Below are positions 10,850-19,106 of a stretch of 64,000 bases of DNA, one piece after another. Every line of letters begins with the position of its first letter. The stretch's first letter is position 1. The position numbers and the translations under genes are program-made. Where the stretch lies: the NCBI GenBank assembly GCA_947624965.1, contig CANQMN010000005.1:36442-100441 (forward strand), in the 5' to 3' direction. Source of the DNA: an uncultured Clostridia bacterium. Its GTDB lineage: Bacteria > Bacillota > Clostridia > Christensenellales > Borkfalkiaceae. Under the pieces are notes generated by a model that was given only the letters and a program-made list of their open reading frames with translations, was not told where the DNA came from and did not search any database.

Positions 10850-10878
10850 ATTATAGCGTACAGCGCGGCGAAAGTCAA
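10850..10878 (-). promoter_or_regulatory. sigma-A-like promoter placed for a leaderless XRE mRNA
   Basis: The reverse strand reads TTGACT-17 nt-TATAAT, then agaggt, then the ATG at 10843. Confidence 0.45.
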
Positions 10879-11288
10879 CAATTCTACTGTGAGTAGAGCC
10901 GTTTTTGCGGATTCTACTCGCGAAGCGCCCGAAAGTAGAGTGAACTTTTCCGCCGGCTTCCCCTCACGGCGGCTTTTTGCGTTCACTGCCTCCTTCGGAT
11001 ATGATAGAGAAAGGTCTGCCGTTTGAGCCCCGTCGCACGGAGCGCTTCGGCGAGCGTGAGTTTCTTCTCGGAAAACAGCCTCGCCGTCTCCGACCATGTC
11101 AGCACGCCGAAGGAATTGATAGAGTTGGCAGAGCCCGTTTTCTATAATTGTACCGTTGCGCTCATCCTGTTCGCCGCCTTCTCTGCGCGCTCTATCAAAA
11201 GAAGCGCGGCGCGGCGTGCACCTTTCCCCTTGCTTACCTTTGGTGGAATTTCTCCCTCTGAATATTTCCTCTGATACGGAAAAATTTT

Positions 11289-11316
11289 GAGGGGCGAGCC
11301 GTTCGGCTCGCCCCTC
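11289..11316. terminator. stem-loop downstream of the rubrerythrin gene
   Basis: GAGGGGCGAGCC-gttc-GGCTCGCCCCTC, flanked by A/T runs on both sides. Confidence 0.6.
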
Positions 11317-11337
11317 TTTTTCTTTTGTAAAAATTCT

Positions 11338-11862
11338 TTACGCGTTAAAATAACGCTTCAAGAGCCCCTTGAACCCCGCGCCGTGACGCGCCTCGTCCTT
11401 CGCCATTTCGTGCACGGTATCGTGAATGGCGTCGTAGCCGAGCTCCTTCGCGCGCTTGGCGAGCATGAGTTTGCCCTCGCACGCGCCCGCTTCCGCCGCC
11501 GCGCGCAGTTCCAAGTTCTTCTTGGTGCTGTCGGTTACGACTTCGCCCAAGAGCTCCGCGAACTTCGCCGCGTGCTCCGCTTCCTCATAGGCGTAACGCT
11601 TGTATGCCTCCGCGATCTCGGGATAGCCCTCGCGTTCCGCAACGCGGGACATCGCAAGGTACATGCCCACCTCGGTGCACTCGCCCGCAAAGTTGGCGTG
11701 GAGCCCGTCCATCACTTCCTTGTCCTCCACCTTGCCGTCGCCGACATGGTGCTCGCAGGCAAACTTCGCCTCTTCCACGGGAACGAACTTCTTCGCGTGG
11801 CAGACGGGGCATTCCTGAACGTCGTCCGCGACGATCTCGCCGCAAATCGCACATCTTTTCAT
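11338..11862 (-). CDS. reverse rubrerythrin (N-terminal rubredoxin-like plus ferritin-like domain)
   Basis: 174 aa. It has CAICG...CPVCH at the N-terminus, then EEAEHAAKF and DEARHGAGF di-iron helices. Confidence 0.8.
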   Translation of the reverse strand: MKRCAICGEIVADDVQECPVCHAKKFVPVEEAKFACEHHVGDGKVEDKEVMDGLHANFAGECTEVGMYLAMSRVAEREGYPEIAEAYKRYAYEEAEHAAKFAELLGEVVTDSTKKNLELRAAAEAGACEGKLMLAKRAKELGYDAIHDTVHEMAKDEARHGAGFKGLLKRYFNA

Positions 11863-11918
11863 AGCAATATCTCCTTGAAAAATTCTTTGCTAAATTATAT
11901 CACACCCGACGCGGAATA

Positions 11919-12581
11919 TCAAGAATTTTTTTTGATTTTTTCCTCGCCGAGCAACATTTTCCGCAGTTCTTCGGGGGAGGCGGCAAATTCCGACGCGCCC
12001 GCCGCCGCGAGCTGTTCGCGGGAGCGGTACCCCCACAGCGCGGCGCAAAACCGCATTCCCGCGGCGCGCGCCGTTGCGGCGTCCGTTTCCCCGTCGCCGA
12101 CGAAAACGCAGTCCCGCGGGGCGACGCGGAGCGAAAGCGCGGCGTAGCGTGTGAGCGCGGGGTCCGGCTTTACGGGGAAATCCCCGCTGTCGCCGCCGAT
12201 GAAATCGAACGTTCCCGCGGGGAATTTTTGCAAAAGGGTGTGTTCCGCCGCCTCCTGCGGCTTGTTCGTGATGACCGCCAGCGCACAGCCCCGCGCTTTG
12301 AGCGCTTCGAGCAGCGCCCCGATCCCCTCGTACGCGCGGGTCTTGCCGTTTTCGCACCGCGCGTAGCGGCGTTTGAACGCGGCGAGGGGCGCCTCGATCT
12401 CGGCGCCCTTCGGGAGCGCGCGTTCCAAAAGTTTGCGCGCGCCGTTGCCGACGTATGCGCGCGTGCGCTCCTCCGAAAGCGTCGGATAGCCGCCCTCCGC
12501 GAGCGTCGCGTTGAGCTCCGCGCAGATATCGGGAACGGTATCGAGGAGGGTGCCGTCGAGGTCGAAAAAGACAGCGCGCAT
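11919..12581 (-). CDS. HAD-family hydrolase (phosphoglycolate phosphatase-like)
   Basis: The internal ATG at 12581 gives MRAVFFDLDGTLLDT (DxDGT motif), ITNK and GDGETD motifs. The start overlaps the argS stop by 1 nt. Confidence 0.75.
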   Translation of the reverse strand: MRAVFFDLDGTLLDTVPDICAELNATLAEGGYPTLSEERTRAYVGNGARKLLERALPKGAEIEAPLAAFKRRYARCENGKTRAYEGIGALLEALKARGCALAVITNKPQEAAEHTLLQKFPAGTFDFIGGDSGDFPVKPDPALTRYAALSLRVAPRDCVFVGDGETDAATARAAGMRFCAALWGYRSREQLAAAGASEFAASPEELRKMLLGEEKIKKNS

Positions 12582-14263
12582 CACATCTTCTCCGGCACGC
12601 CGATGCCGAGCAGGCGGAGCGCGGTCGTCATCACCGTGAGCGCGGCGCGGGTGAGCCGAAGCCGATATGCGCGCGTCTCCTCCGATTCCGCCTGCAAAAT
12701 TTTGCATTCGATATAAAACTTGTTGAACTTCTGCGCGCAGTCCACCGCGAAACGGGCGATCGTGCTCGGCTCGTAATTTTTCGCCGCCGCGAGAACGGCG
12801 TCCGGAAATTCGGCGAGCGATTTGAGAACTTCGAGCTCCTGCGCGTTGGGCGCGCACACCGCGTCGCCGAGGCTCGATCCCCCCGCCTTCGCGAGCACGG
12901 AAGCGGCGCGCGCGCAGGTATACTGCACGTAGACGCTCGTCTCGCCGTCGAAATTGAGCGCCTTATCGTAGGAAAAGACGATATCCTTGATCTTATTGTT
13001 GTACAGCGCGCCGAAAACGACCGCGCCCACGCCGACCTTCTCGGCGACGTCCTCCCTGTTTTCGAGGGCGGGGTTCTTCTCTTCGAGCACCTCTTTCGCC
13101 TTCTCGACGCAGCGGGAGATCACGTCTTCCAGCCAAACGACCTTCCCCTGCCGCGTGGACATCGCGCCGTCTTCCAGCGAGACCATGCCGTAGGCGACGT
13201 GCACCATATCCTTCGCCCAGTCCTTCCCCATGAGTTCGAGCACCTTGAAGAGCTGTTTGAAGTGCAGATTTTGCTGGTATGCGACGACGTAGAGGCATTT
13301 CTCGAAATCGTACGTTTTCTTGCGGTAGACCGCCGCGGCGAGGTCGCGCGTTGCGTACAGCGACGCGCCGTCCGAGCGGAGCACGATGAACGGCGGCATG
13401 CCGTATGCTTCGAGATCGACGACCTGCGCCCCTTGGCTCTCGACGAGGAGCCCCTTCTCTTTGAGCTCGTCGATGACGGGCTGCATCTTGTCGATATAAA
13501 AGCGTTCGCCCGCGTAACTGTCGAAACGGATGTGCAGACGGTCGTAGATCTTGCCGACGTACGCCATCGTGAGCGATTTGAACCATTCAAACAACTCGTT
13601 CGCCTCTTCATCCCCGCTCTCGATGAGGCGGAAATACTCGCGCGCCTCCGCCTCCATTTCGGGCGTCGCCTCGCGGTTGAAGCGGACGTACAGATCGTTG
13701 ACGGCGCGGATGCCGCCCTCCTGCACCGCCTCTTTCACGCCCCAATGCTTGTAGGCGGAGATGAGCTTGCCGAACTGCGTGCCGTAGTCGCCGAGGTGGT
13801 TGATTCCCACCGTGCGGTAGCCGAGAAAGCCGAAAATGCGATACAGCGCGCCCCCCAGCACCGTCGTGGAGAGGTGCCCGATGTGGAAGGGCTTTGCGAT
13901 GTTCACCGAGGAATAATCGATGCACACCGTCTTGCCCGCGCCGACGTCCGAAGCGCCGTACCGCTCCCCCTCCCGCTCGATGCGCGCAAGCGTCTCTTCG
14001 GCGAGCGATCTCCCGTCGATCTTGAAATTGAGATAGCCGTTGACGGCGGAGACGGAGGAGACGACGCCGTCCGCGGGATACCGCTCCGCGAGCTCCTGCG
14101 CGATGAGCGCGGGGGATCTGCGGAGAAGTTTTGCGAATTTGAAGCAGGGCAGGGCGTAGTCGCCGAGCGAAGTATCGGGCGGGACGACGATGCTCTCTGC
14201 GAGCTCTTCCTTGCTCACGCCCTCGACGGACAGCCGCTCTGCGATGTAAGTTTTATAATCCAT
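12581..14263 (-). CDS. argS: arginine--tRNA ligase
   Basis: 560 aa with class-I HIGH-type motif PFHIGHL and the ArgRS N-terminal and anticodon-binding layout. Confidence 0.9.
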   Translation of the reverse strand: MDYKTYIAERLSVEGVSKEELAESIVVPPDTSLGDYALPCFKFAKLLRRSPALIAQELAERYPADGVVSSVSAVNGYLNFKIDGRSLAEETLARIEREGERYGASDVGAGKTVCIDYSSVNIAKPFHIGHLSTTVLGGALYRIFGFLGYRTVGINHLGDYGTQFGKLISAYKHWGVKEAVQEGGIRAVNDLYVRFNREATPEMEAEAREYFRLIESGDEEANELFEWFKSLTMAYVGKIYDRLHIRFDSYAGERFYIDKMQPVIDELKEKGLLVESQGAQVVDLEAYGMPPFIVLRSDGASLYATRDLAAAVYRKKTYDFEKCLYVVAYQQNLHFKQLFKVLELMGKDWAKDMVHVAYGMVSLEDGAMSTRQGKVVWLEDVISRCVEKAKEVLEEKNPALENREDVAEKVGVGAVVFGALYNNKIKDIVFSYDKALNFDGETSVYVQYTCARAASVLAKAGGSSLGDAVCAPNAQELEVLKSLAEFPDAVLAAAKNYEPSTIARFAVDCAQKFNKFYIECKILQAESEETRAYRLRLTRAALTVMTTALRLLGIGVPEKM

Positions 14264-14328
14264 GGGACCTTCCTCGTTTTTTCGTCTGTCATTCTACCAC
14301 ATTTTTGCCGCGAAGGCAACCGAAAGAC

Positions 14329-14357
14329 TTGAAGTTTGGAGAGAAAAGTTATATAAT
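14329..14357 (+). promoter_or_regulatory. candidate sigma-A promoter of ychF
   Basis: TTGAAG-17 nt-TATAAT, ending 27 nt upstream of the ATG. Confidence 0.4.
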
Positions 14358-14383
14358 GAGGAAAACCGAAGAGAGGAATCCCC

Positions 14384-15484
14384 ATGAAATTAGGCGTAGT
14401 CGGTCTCCCCAACGTAGGAAAGTCCACGCTGTTCAACGCGATCACGCATGCGAGCGCGGAGGCGGCGAACTATCCCTTCTGCACCATCGAACCAAACGTC
14501 GGCGTCGTCGCCGTTCCCGACGAACGGCTCGCAAAGCTCGCCGACCTCTACCATTCCAAAAAGGTTACCCCCGCCGTCATCGAATTTGTGGACATCGCGG
14601 GGCTCGTGAAGGGCGCGAGCCGCGGCGAGGGGCTGGGCAATAAATTTCTTTCCCACATCCGCGAAGTGGACGCCGTCGTGCACGTCGTCCGCTGTTTCGA
14701 GGACGAAAACGTCATCCACGTCGAAAACTCGGTGGACCCCGTCCGCGACATCGAAACCATCGAACTCGAACTCATCCTCGCCGATATCGAAGCGGTGGAA
14801 AAGCGGAAGGACCGCATCCGCAACGCGGCGCGCGGCGGCTCCGACAAAAACGCCGCGGCGGAATTCGCCTTTTTAAGCCGCCTCTCCGAGCACCTCGAAA
14901 AGGAACGCCCCGCCTCCTCCCTTCCCCTCACCGAGGAGGAAAAGCCCCTCCTCGACAACCTGTTTCTGCTCTCCGCCAAGCCCGTCATCTACTGCGCGAA
15001 CATCTCCGAGCGGGACATGGGCGCGGGCGAGGACGACCTTCCCTTCGTGAAGGCGGTGCGCGCGTACGCCGAAAAAAGCGGCGCGGGCGTCATCGTCGTC
15101 TGCGCAAAGACGGAGGAGGAGCTCTCCCTGATGGAAGAGGAGGAACGCGCCCTCTTCCTCGAAGAATTCGGGCTCAAAGAGAGCGGGCTCTCCAAGCTCA
15201 TCAAAGCCTCTTACGAACTTTTGGGGCTCATCTCCTACCTCACGGCGGGCGAAAAGGAGACGCGCGCGTGGACCATCGAAAAGGGCACGAAGGCGCCGCA
15301 GGCGGCGGGAAAGATCCACTCCGACTTTGAAAAGGGATTCATCCGCGCCGAAGTCGTGGACTGGGAGACCCTGCTCGAATGCGGCGGGCTCGCGGGCGCG
15401 CGCGAAAAGGGAAAAGTCCGCTCCGAGGGCAAGGACTATGTGATGAAGGACGGCGACGTCGTCCTATTCCGCTTCAACGTTTGA
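14384..15484 (+). CDS. ychF: redox-regulated ribosome-binding ATPase YchF
   Basis: 366 aa, MKLGVVGLPNVGKSTLFNA, with the YchF/OLA1 C-terminal TGS-like domain. Confidence 0.9.
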   Translation: MKLGVVGLPNVGKSTLFNAITHASAEAANYPFCTIEPNVGVVAVPDERLAKLADLYHSKKVTPAVIEFVDIAGLVKGASRGEGLGNKFLSHIREVDAVVHVVRCFEDENVIHVENSVDPVRDIETIELELILADIEAVEKRKDRIRNAARGGSDKNAAAEFAFLSRLSEHLEKERPASSLPLTEEEKPLLDNLFLLSAKPVIYCANISERDMGAGEDDLPFVKAVRAYAEKSGAGVIVVCAKTEEELSLMEEEERALFLEEFGLKESGLSKLIKASYELLGLISYLTAGEKETRAWTIEKGTKAPQAAGKIHSDFEKGFIRAEVVDWETLLECGGLAGAREKGKVRSEGKDYVMKDGDVVLFRFNV

Positions 15485-15496
15485 CCTTCCGAAACG

Positions 15497-15530
15497 AAAA
15501 AAACGCACCCCATTGGTGCGTTTTTTGTTT
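15497..15530 (+). terminator. rho-independent terminator of ychF
   Basis: aaaaaaaCGCACC-ccatt-GGTGCGttttttgttttt. Confidence 0.7.
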
Positions 15531-15559
15531 TTTCGCCGCATTCCGAAAAAAGATGCGGC

Positions 15560-15694
15560 TTACGATTGCCCCGTGGGGGCAATGTCCTCATCGTCGCGCC
15601 TGACCGCGTCCGGCATGATCATGCAGTACCGCGGATTGTGCGCGAAGTTCGTATCGACCTTCTTCTTGCGCTTGTTTTTCGCTTTCTTCGGCAT
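15560..15694 (-). CDS. 44-aa basic small protein (below the track size cutoff)
   Basis: GGAGGAAGG RBS precedes the ATG at 15694. Translation is MPKKAKNKRKKKVDTNFAHNPRYCMIMPDAVRRDDEDIAPTGQS. Third codon positions are GC-rich like real genes here. Confidence 0.35.
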   Translation of the reverse strand: MPKKAKNKRKKKVDTNFAHNPRYCMIMPDAVRRDDEDIAPTGQS

Positions 15695-15733
15695 ACCTTC
15701 CTCCGAAAGGCAGTATGCGCAAAAATTTGCCCG

Positions 15734-15871
15734 TTACTCCTCTTCGGACGGTTCGGGCGCGCTCTGCGACATCTCCGCGATCGCTTCCCGCTCGCGCGCG
15801 ACGCGCTCCGCCTCCCGTGCTTCCGCGTCGAAGTCCACGCGGTCGGGATTTTCGCTCTTCCGTTTCTCCAT
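15734..15871 (-). CDS. 45-aa acidic small protein (below the track size cutoff)
   Basis: GGAGG RBS precedes the ATG at 15871. Translation is MEKRKSENPDRVDFDAEAREAERVAREREAIAEMSQSAPEPSEEE. Confidence 0.3.
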   Translation of the reverse strand: MEKRKSENPDRVDFDAEAREAERVAREREAIAEMSQSAPEPSEEE

Positions 15872-15921
15872 GCTTGACCTCCGCGCACAGTATAACACAA
15901 AACGGGCGCGGCGTCAACCCC

Positions 15922-16215
15922 TCAACAGGCGGAGATCTGTTTGCAGACCTTGGAAAAGGTCTCCGTCTTTTGGTCGAGAAGCATCTTTGCGGCGGGCTGG
16001 ACCTGATAGTACCCGCGGGAGAGCATCTGCTCGAACACGGAGAACTGCGTCTCCGCGTGCGCGGAATAGTGTTTGAGGATCTCCTTGCGGAACGCCTTGC
16101 TGCTCCCCTCCGTGAGCGCGACGGAATAGTAGTTCATGAGCAACTTTTCCGTGTCGAGCAGATCTTGCAATGCGTCCTTTTCGCAGAGCGTGGTGTCCAT
16201 CTTCGACTGTTTCAT
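15922..16215 (-). CDS. Coat F-domain spore coat protein
   Basis: The internal ATG at 16215 follows GGAAGGAGGG. The 97-aa product has the pattern EKDALQDLLDTEKLLMNYYSVALTEGSS typical of CotF. Confidence 0.6.
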   Translation of the reverse strand: MKQSKMDTTLCEKDALQDLLDTEKLLMNYYSVALTEGSSKAFRKEILKHYSAHAETQFSVFEQMLSRGYYQVQPAAKMLLDQKTETFSKVCKQISAC

Positions 16216-16409
16216 TTTTTCCCTCCTTCCAAAATCGCGAACAGCGCGGAGAACCTCTCCGCATGCGCCGCCGCGACGCGCTCCATCTCCTGCGCGAGCG
16301 CGGCGTCCGTGAGCGTGTTGGCGTAGATCTTCGCCTTCTTGCACGCCATTTCCTCTCCCGTGAGAACATGGGACAGCACGTCCAAGTCTTTTGCCGTCAA
16401 ATTCGTCAT
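16212..16409 (-). CDS. small Coat F-like protein
   Basis: 65 aa with a GGAGGAGG RBS. LTAKDLDVLSHVLTGEEMACKKAKIYA matches the CotF N-terminal pattern. It overlaps the next gene by 4 nt. Confidence 0.5.
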   Translation of the reverse strand: MTNLTAKDLDVLSHVLTGEEMACKKAKIYANTLTDAALAQEMERVAAAHAERFSALFAILEGGKK

Positions 16410-16452
16410 AAAAAAACCTCCTCCGTCCTTGTTTTGACGGAGGAGCGTTCTT

Positions 16453-17076
16453 TTATACCTTTTGCGCGAAAAATTCGCACGAGGGCGCGAGCGGACACCG
16501 CCCGCACTCCGGCTTCTGCGAATGGCAGATCTTTCGCCCGTGCCAGATGAGCCAGTGGTGCGCGGCGGACCACTTTTCCCGCGGGATCGCGCGCATCAGC
16601 CCCTCTTCCACCCGCTCGGGCGTGTTCCCCTTCGCGAGTCCCAGACGGTTGGAGACGCGGAACACGTGGGTATCCACCGCGATCGCGTCCCCGTGAAAGG
16701 CGACGGAATAGACGACGTTCGCCGTCTTTCTCCCCACGCCCGCGAGCGTGCGCAGTTCCTCCAACGAGGCGGGCACCTCCCCGCCGTACTTTTCGAGGAT
16801 GTCCCGCGAGGCGGAGAGGATATGCGCCGCCTTGTTGCGGTAAAATCCGCACGAATAGATGTAATGTTCCAGTTCCTCCTGCGAAAGTTCGACCATGCGC
16901 GCGGGCGTGCCGTGTTCGCGGAAGAGCGTCTCCGTCACCTTGTTCACCCGCTCGTCCGTGCACTGCGCCGAGAGAATGACGGCGACGAGCAATTCGTACG
17001 GGGAGCGGTATTGCAGCGCGGGGCGCGCGTCCGGATACATGCGTTCGAGCTCTTGCAAAATTTTTTCGGCGTCCAT
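16453..17076 (-). CDS. nth: endonuclease III
   Basis: It has the HhH-GPD motif LAGVGRKTANVV and the C-terminal 4Fe-4S motif CHSQKPECGRCPLAPSC. I prefer the ATG at 17076 over the TTG at 17112. Confidence 0.85.
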   Translation of the reverse strand: MDAEKILQELERMYPDARPALQYRSPYELLVAVILSAQCTDERVNKVTETLFREHGTPARMVELSQEELEHYIYSCGFYRNKAAHILSASRDILEKYGGEVPASLEELRTLAGVGRKTANVVYSVAFHGDAIAVDTHVFRVSNRLGLAKGNTPERVEEGLMRAIPREKWSAAHHWLIWHGRKICHSQKPECGRCPLAPSCEFFAQKV

Positions 17077-17118
17077 GTCGGTTATTATAGCGCGGAACGC
17101 GGAAAAAAGCAAGCGCGT

Positions 17119-17361
17119 TCATTCATAAACGTAAAAATCTCCCTGCGCCCGCATGAAGCCCGCGAACGCGGAATACTTTCTCGCCGCGAGGAGCGTCCCC
17201 GCGCGGGCGCGAAACCGCCCGTCGAACTTGGCGGAGACGCCGCACCCGACGCCCGCCTCCTTGGGCGTGGAGACCGCCTGAACGGGCACGCCCGCCCCTT
17301 TGAGACGTGCGATAAAATCGAGCGCCTGCGCGCGCGAACGGAATACTGCCAACAGTGTCAT
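17119..17361 (-). CDS. DUF3343-like small protein (putative S/Se carrier-associated)
   Basis: 80 aa, MTLLAVFRSRAQALDFIARLKGAGVPVQAVSTPKE..GCGVS. It is the C-terminal real part of the 512-aa track ORF. Confidence 0.55.
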   Translation of the reverse strand: MTLLAVFRSRAQALDFIARLKGAGVPVQAVSTPKEAGVGCGVSAKFDGRFRARAGTLLAARKYSAFAGFMRAQGDFYVYE

Positions 17362-17415
17362 GAACGTTTCCCTGCCTTCGTATAATAGAATAATTTTTTT
17401 TTCGGGGAGATAACT

Positions 17416-18528
17416 ATGACCTATCTCGACAACGCCGCGACGGGCGGCTTCAAACCCGCCTCCGTCCAAAGCGCGGTGATCGCCGCCATGAAGCAGTGCG
17501 CCAACCCCGGCAGAAGCGGACATTCGCTCTCGCTCGCGCTGGCGGAACGCGTGCTCGCCTGCCGCGACCTTCTCGACGGGCTCTTCGGCGGCTACGGGTT
17601 CGACCGCGTCGTCTTTACGAAGAACTGCACGGAGGCGCTGAATATCGCCCTCCTCGGCACGCTGGAAAAGGGCGACCACGTCGTCGCCACCTGTTTGGAA
17701 CACAACTCCGTTCTGCGCCCGCTCGAATTTTTGCGCGCCGCGGGAAAGATCGACTATTCCGTCGCTCCCGCGGCGGACGGAAAGGTGAGTGCGGAGGCGA
17801 TCGCCGCGCTCGTGCGTCCCGAGACGCGCGTCTGCTGCGTTACGACCGCCTCCAACGTTACGGGCTATGCGCCCGACCTCGCCGCCGTGCGCCGCCTGCT
17901 GCCGCCGCGCGTCCTCCTGTTCGCGGACGGCGCGCAGGGCGCGGGACATCTCGCCATCGACATGAAAAGGACGGGCATAGACGCGCTCGCGCTGGCGGGA
18001 CACAAGGGGTTGTTTGCCATTCAGGGCGCGGGCGCGCTGCTCTTTTCCGAGCGCATCTCCCCCCGTCCCCTCCTCTTCGGCGGCACGGGGAGCGACAGCC
18101 ACCGTTTGGAAATGCCCGAGTTTTACCCCGACCGCCTCGAAAGCGGCACGCTCTCCTATCCCGCGATCGTCTCCCTCTACGAGGGCGCGCTCATCGTGAA
18201 AAGCCGCCGCGAGGAACACGCGAAGCGGTTGCGCCTTCTCACCGAACAGGTCTGCGCCGCGCTCGCCCGCCGCCCTCAATACGCCCTGTATTCGGAGCCG
18301 AACGACTGCGGCATCGTCTCGTTTGCGCATGCGGGCATTCCTTCGGAGCGGCTCGCGGGGCTCCTTTCGGAGCGGTTCCGCATCGCCGTCCGCGGCGGAC
18401 TGCACTGCGCGCCCCTCGCGCACAAGGCGCTGGGGACCTTCCCCGACGGGCTCGTGCGCGTCTCCTTCTCCCCCATGCAGGGCGAGCGGGACGCGGAGAC
18501 CTTGCTCCGCGCGCTCACATGTTTTTGA
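17416..18528 (+). CDS. class-V aminotransferase / cysteine desulfurase family
   Basis: 370 aa with MTYLDNAATG, the PLP-lysine context LALAGHKGL, and GGLHCAP near the C-terminus. Confidence 0.8.
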   Translation: MTYLDNAATGGFKPASVQSAVIAAMKQCANPGRSGHSLSLALAERVLACRDLLDGLFGGYGFDRVVFTKNCTEALNIALLGTLEKGDHVVATCLEHNSVLRPLEFLRAAGKIDYSVAPAADGKVSAEAIAALVRPETRVCCVTTASNVTGYAPDLAAVRRLLPPRVLLFADGAQGAGHLAIDMKRTGIDALALAGHKGLFAIQGAGALLFSERISPRPLLFGGTGSDSHRLEMPEFYPDRLESGTLSYPAIVSLYEGALIVKSRREEHAKRLRLLTEQVCAALARRPQYALYSEPNDCGIVSFAHAGIPSERLAGLLSERFRIAVRGGLHCAPLAHKALGTFPDGLVRVSFSPMQGERDAETLLRALTCF

Positions 18529-18778
18529 GCCGTTCCACGATCCTTGCGAGCTTTTTGCGCTTTGCGCCGTCGAGCATGGGCGAAAAGCGCGCATAGAACG
18601 CGTCGATCTGCTCGTTGGTGAGCGTGCCGTTGCGCTTTCCCTCCACCGCGCGGGCATAGATATCGCGCAAGAGCTCGTTTTCGCCCTTGCCCGCGTATCC
18701 GTCCGCGAATTTGCGCGCCTCGTCCAGCCATTCCTCCCGCGTGCCGTCCGGTCCCGTATAGCTTGCGAAATCTTTCAC
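18515..18778 (-). CDS. hypothetical small protein
   Basis: GTG at 18778 follows AGAGGTGA. The 87-aa product has GC3-rich codons. I recognised no family. Confidence 0.35.
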   Translation of the reverse strand: MKDFASYTGPDGTREEWLDEARKFADGYAGKGENELLRDIYARAVEGKRNGTLTNEQIDAFYARFSPMLDGAKRKKLARIVERLKNM

Positions 18779-18842
18779 GTTTTCACCTCTTGTATATCCT
18801 ATGACGGGAACGGGATTTTTGCCAGCGGCATACCATGGGCGT

Positions 18843-19106
18843 ATGGAACTTCTCGTTTTGCTCCTGCTCATCGCCATGACGAACGGCAACCGCGATTTCA
18901 AGCATACGCTCGACGACCTCGTCTCCTTCTACCGAGAAAACAGGGAACTCATCTCCCTGCTCGCGGGGAGCGTCCGCCAGACGGCTCCGCCGCCGCCCGC
19001 GGAGCGCGCGCCCGAAGCCCCCGCCGCGGCGGACGAAAAAAGCCGACCCCGAAGCGAGGCCGGCAAGGATATCCTCGAAAATTTTCTCAAAAACCGCGTC
19101 GGTTAG
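18843..19106 (+). CDS. hypothetical small protein with N-terminal hydrophobic helix
   Basis: Translation starts MELLVLLLLIAMTNGNRDFKH... The frame has a strong GC3 codon bias, but the RBS is weak. Confidence 0.3.
   Translation: MELLVLLLLIAMTNGNRDFKHTLDDLVSFYRENRELISLLAGSVRQTAPPPPAERAPEAPAAADEKSRPRSEAGKDILENFLKNRVG

Noticed and set aside
8913-10950. A CtsR operator (tandem GGTCAAA heptads) upstream of mcsA or the XRE gene, and upstream of tig-clpP (40787-40932).
   Set aside because: No such direct repeat was found by eye. The only GTCAA-containing string is the -35 of the XRE promoter.
10983-11105. A 40-codon reverse-strand frame encoding VLTWSETARLFSEKKLTLAEALRATGLKRQTFLYHIRRRQ (HTH-like, resolvase/excisionase flavour) in the 480-bp gap between the XRE and rubrerythrin genes.
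   Set aside because: It has only a GTG start with no RBS, and an in-frame stop lies 12 codons upstream. At best it is a remnant of a recombinase-type HTH. I cannot support it as a gene without a homology search.
14264-14383. T-box leader upstream of argS, and a SAM or B12 riboswitch upstream of cysK/metF (47482-47572, 46506-46566).
   Set aside because: The intergenic regions are only 60-120 nt and are occupied by promoters or a terminator hairpin. They are too short for these leaders, and no specifier, T-box or S-box core sequences were seen.
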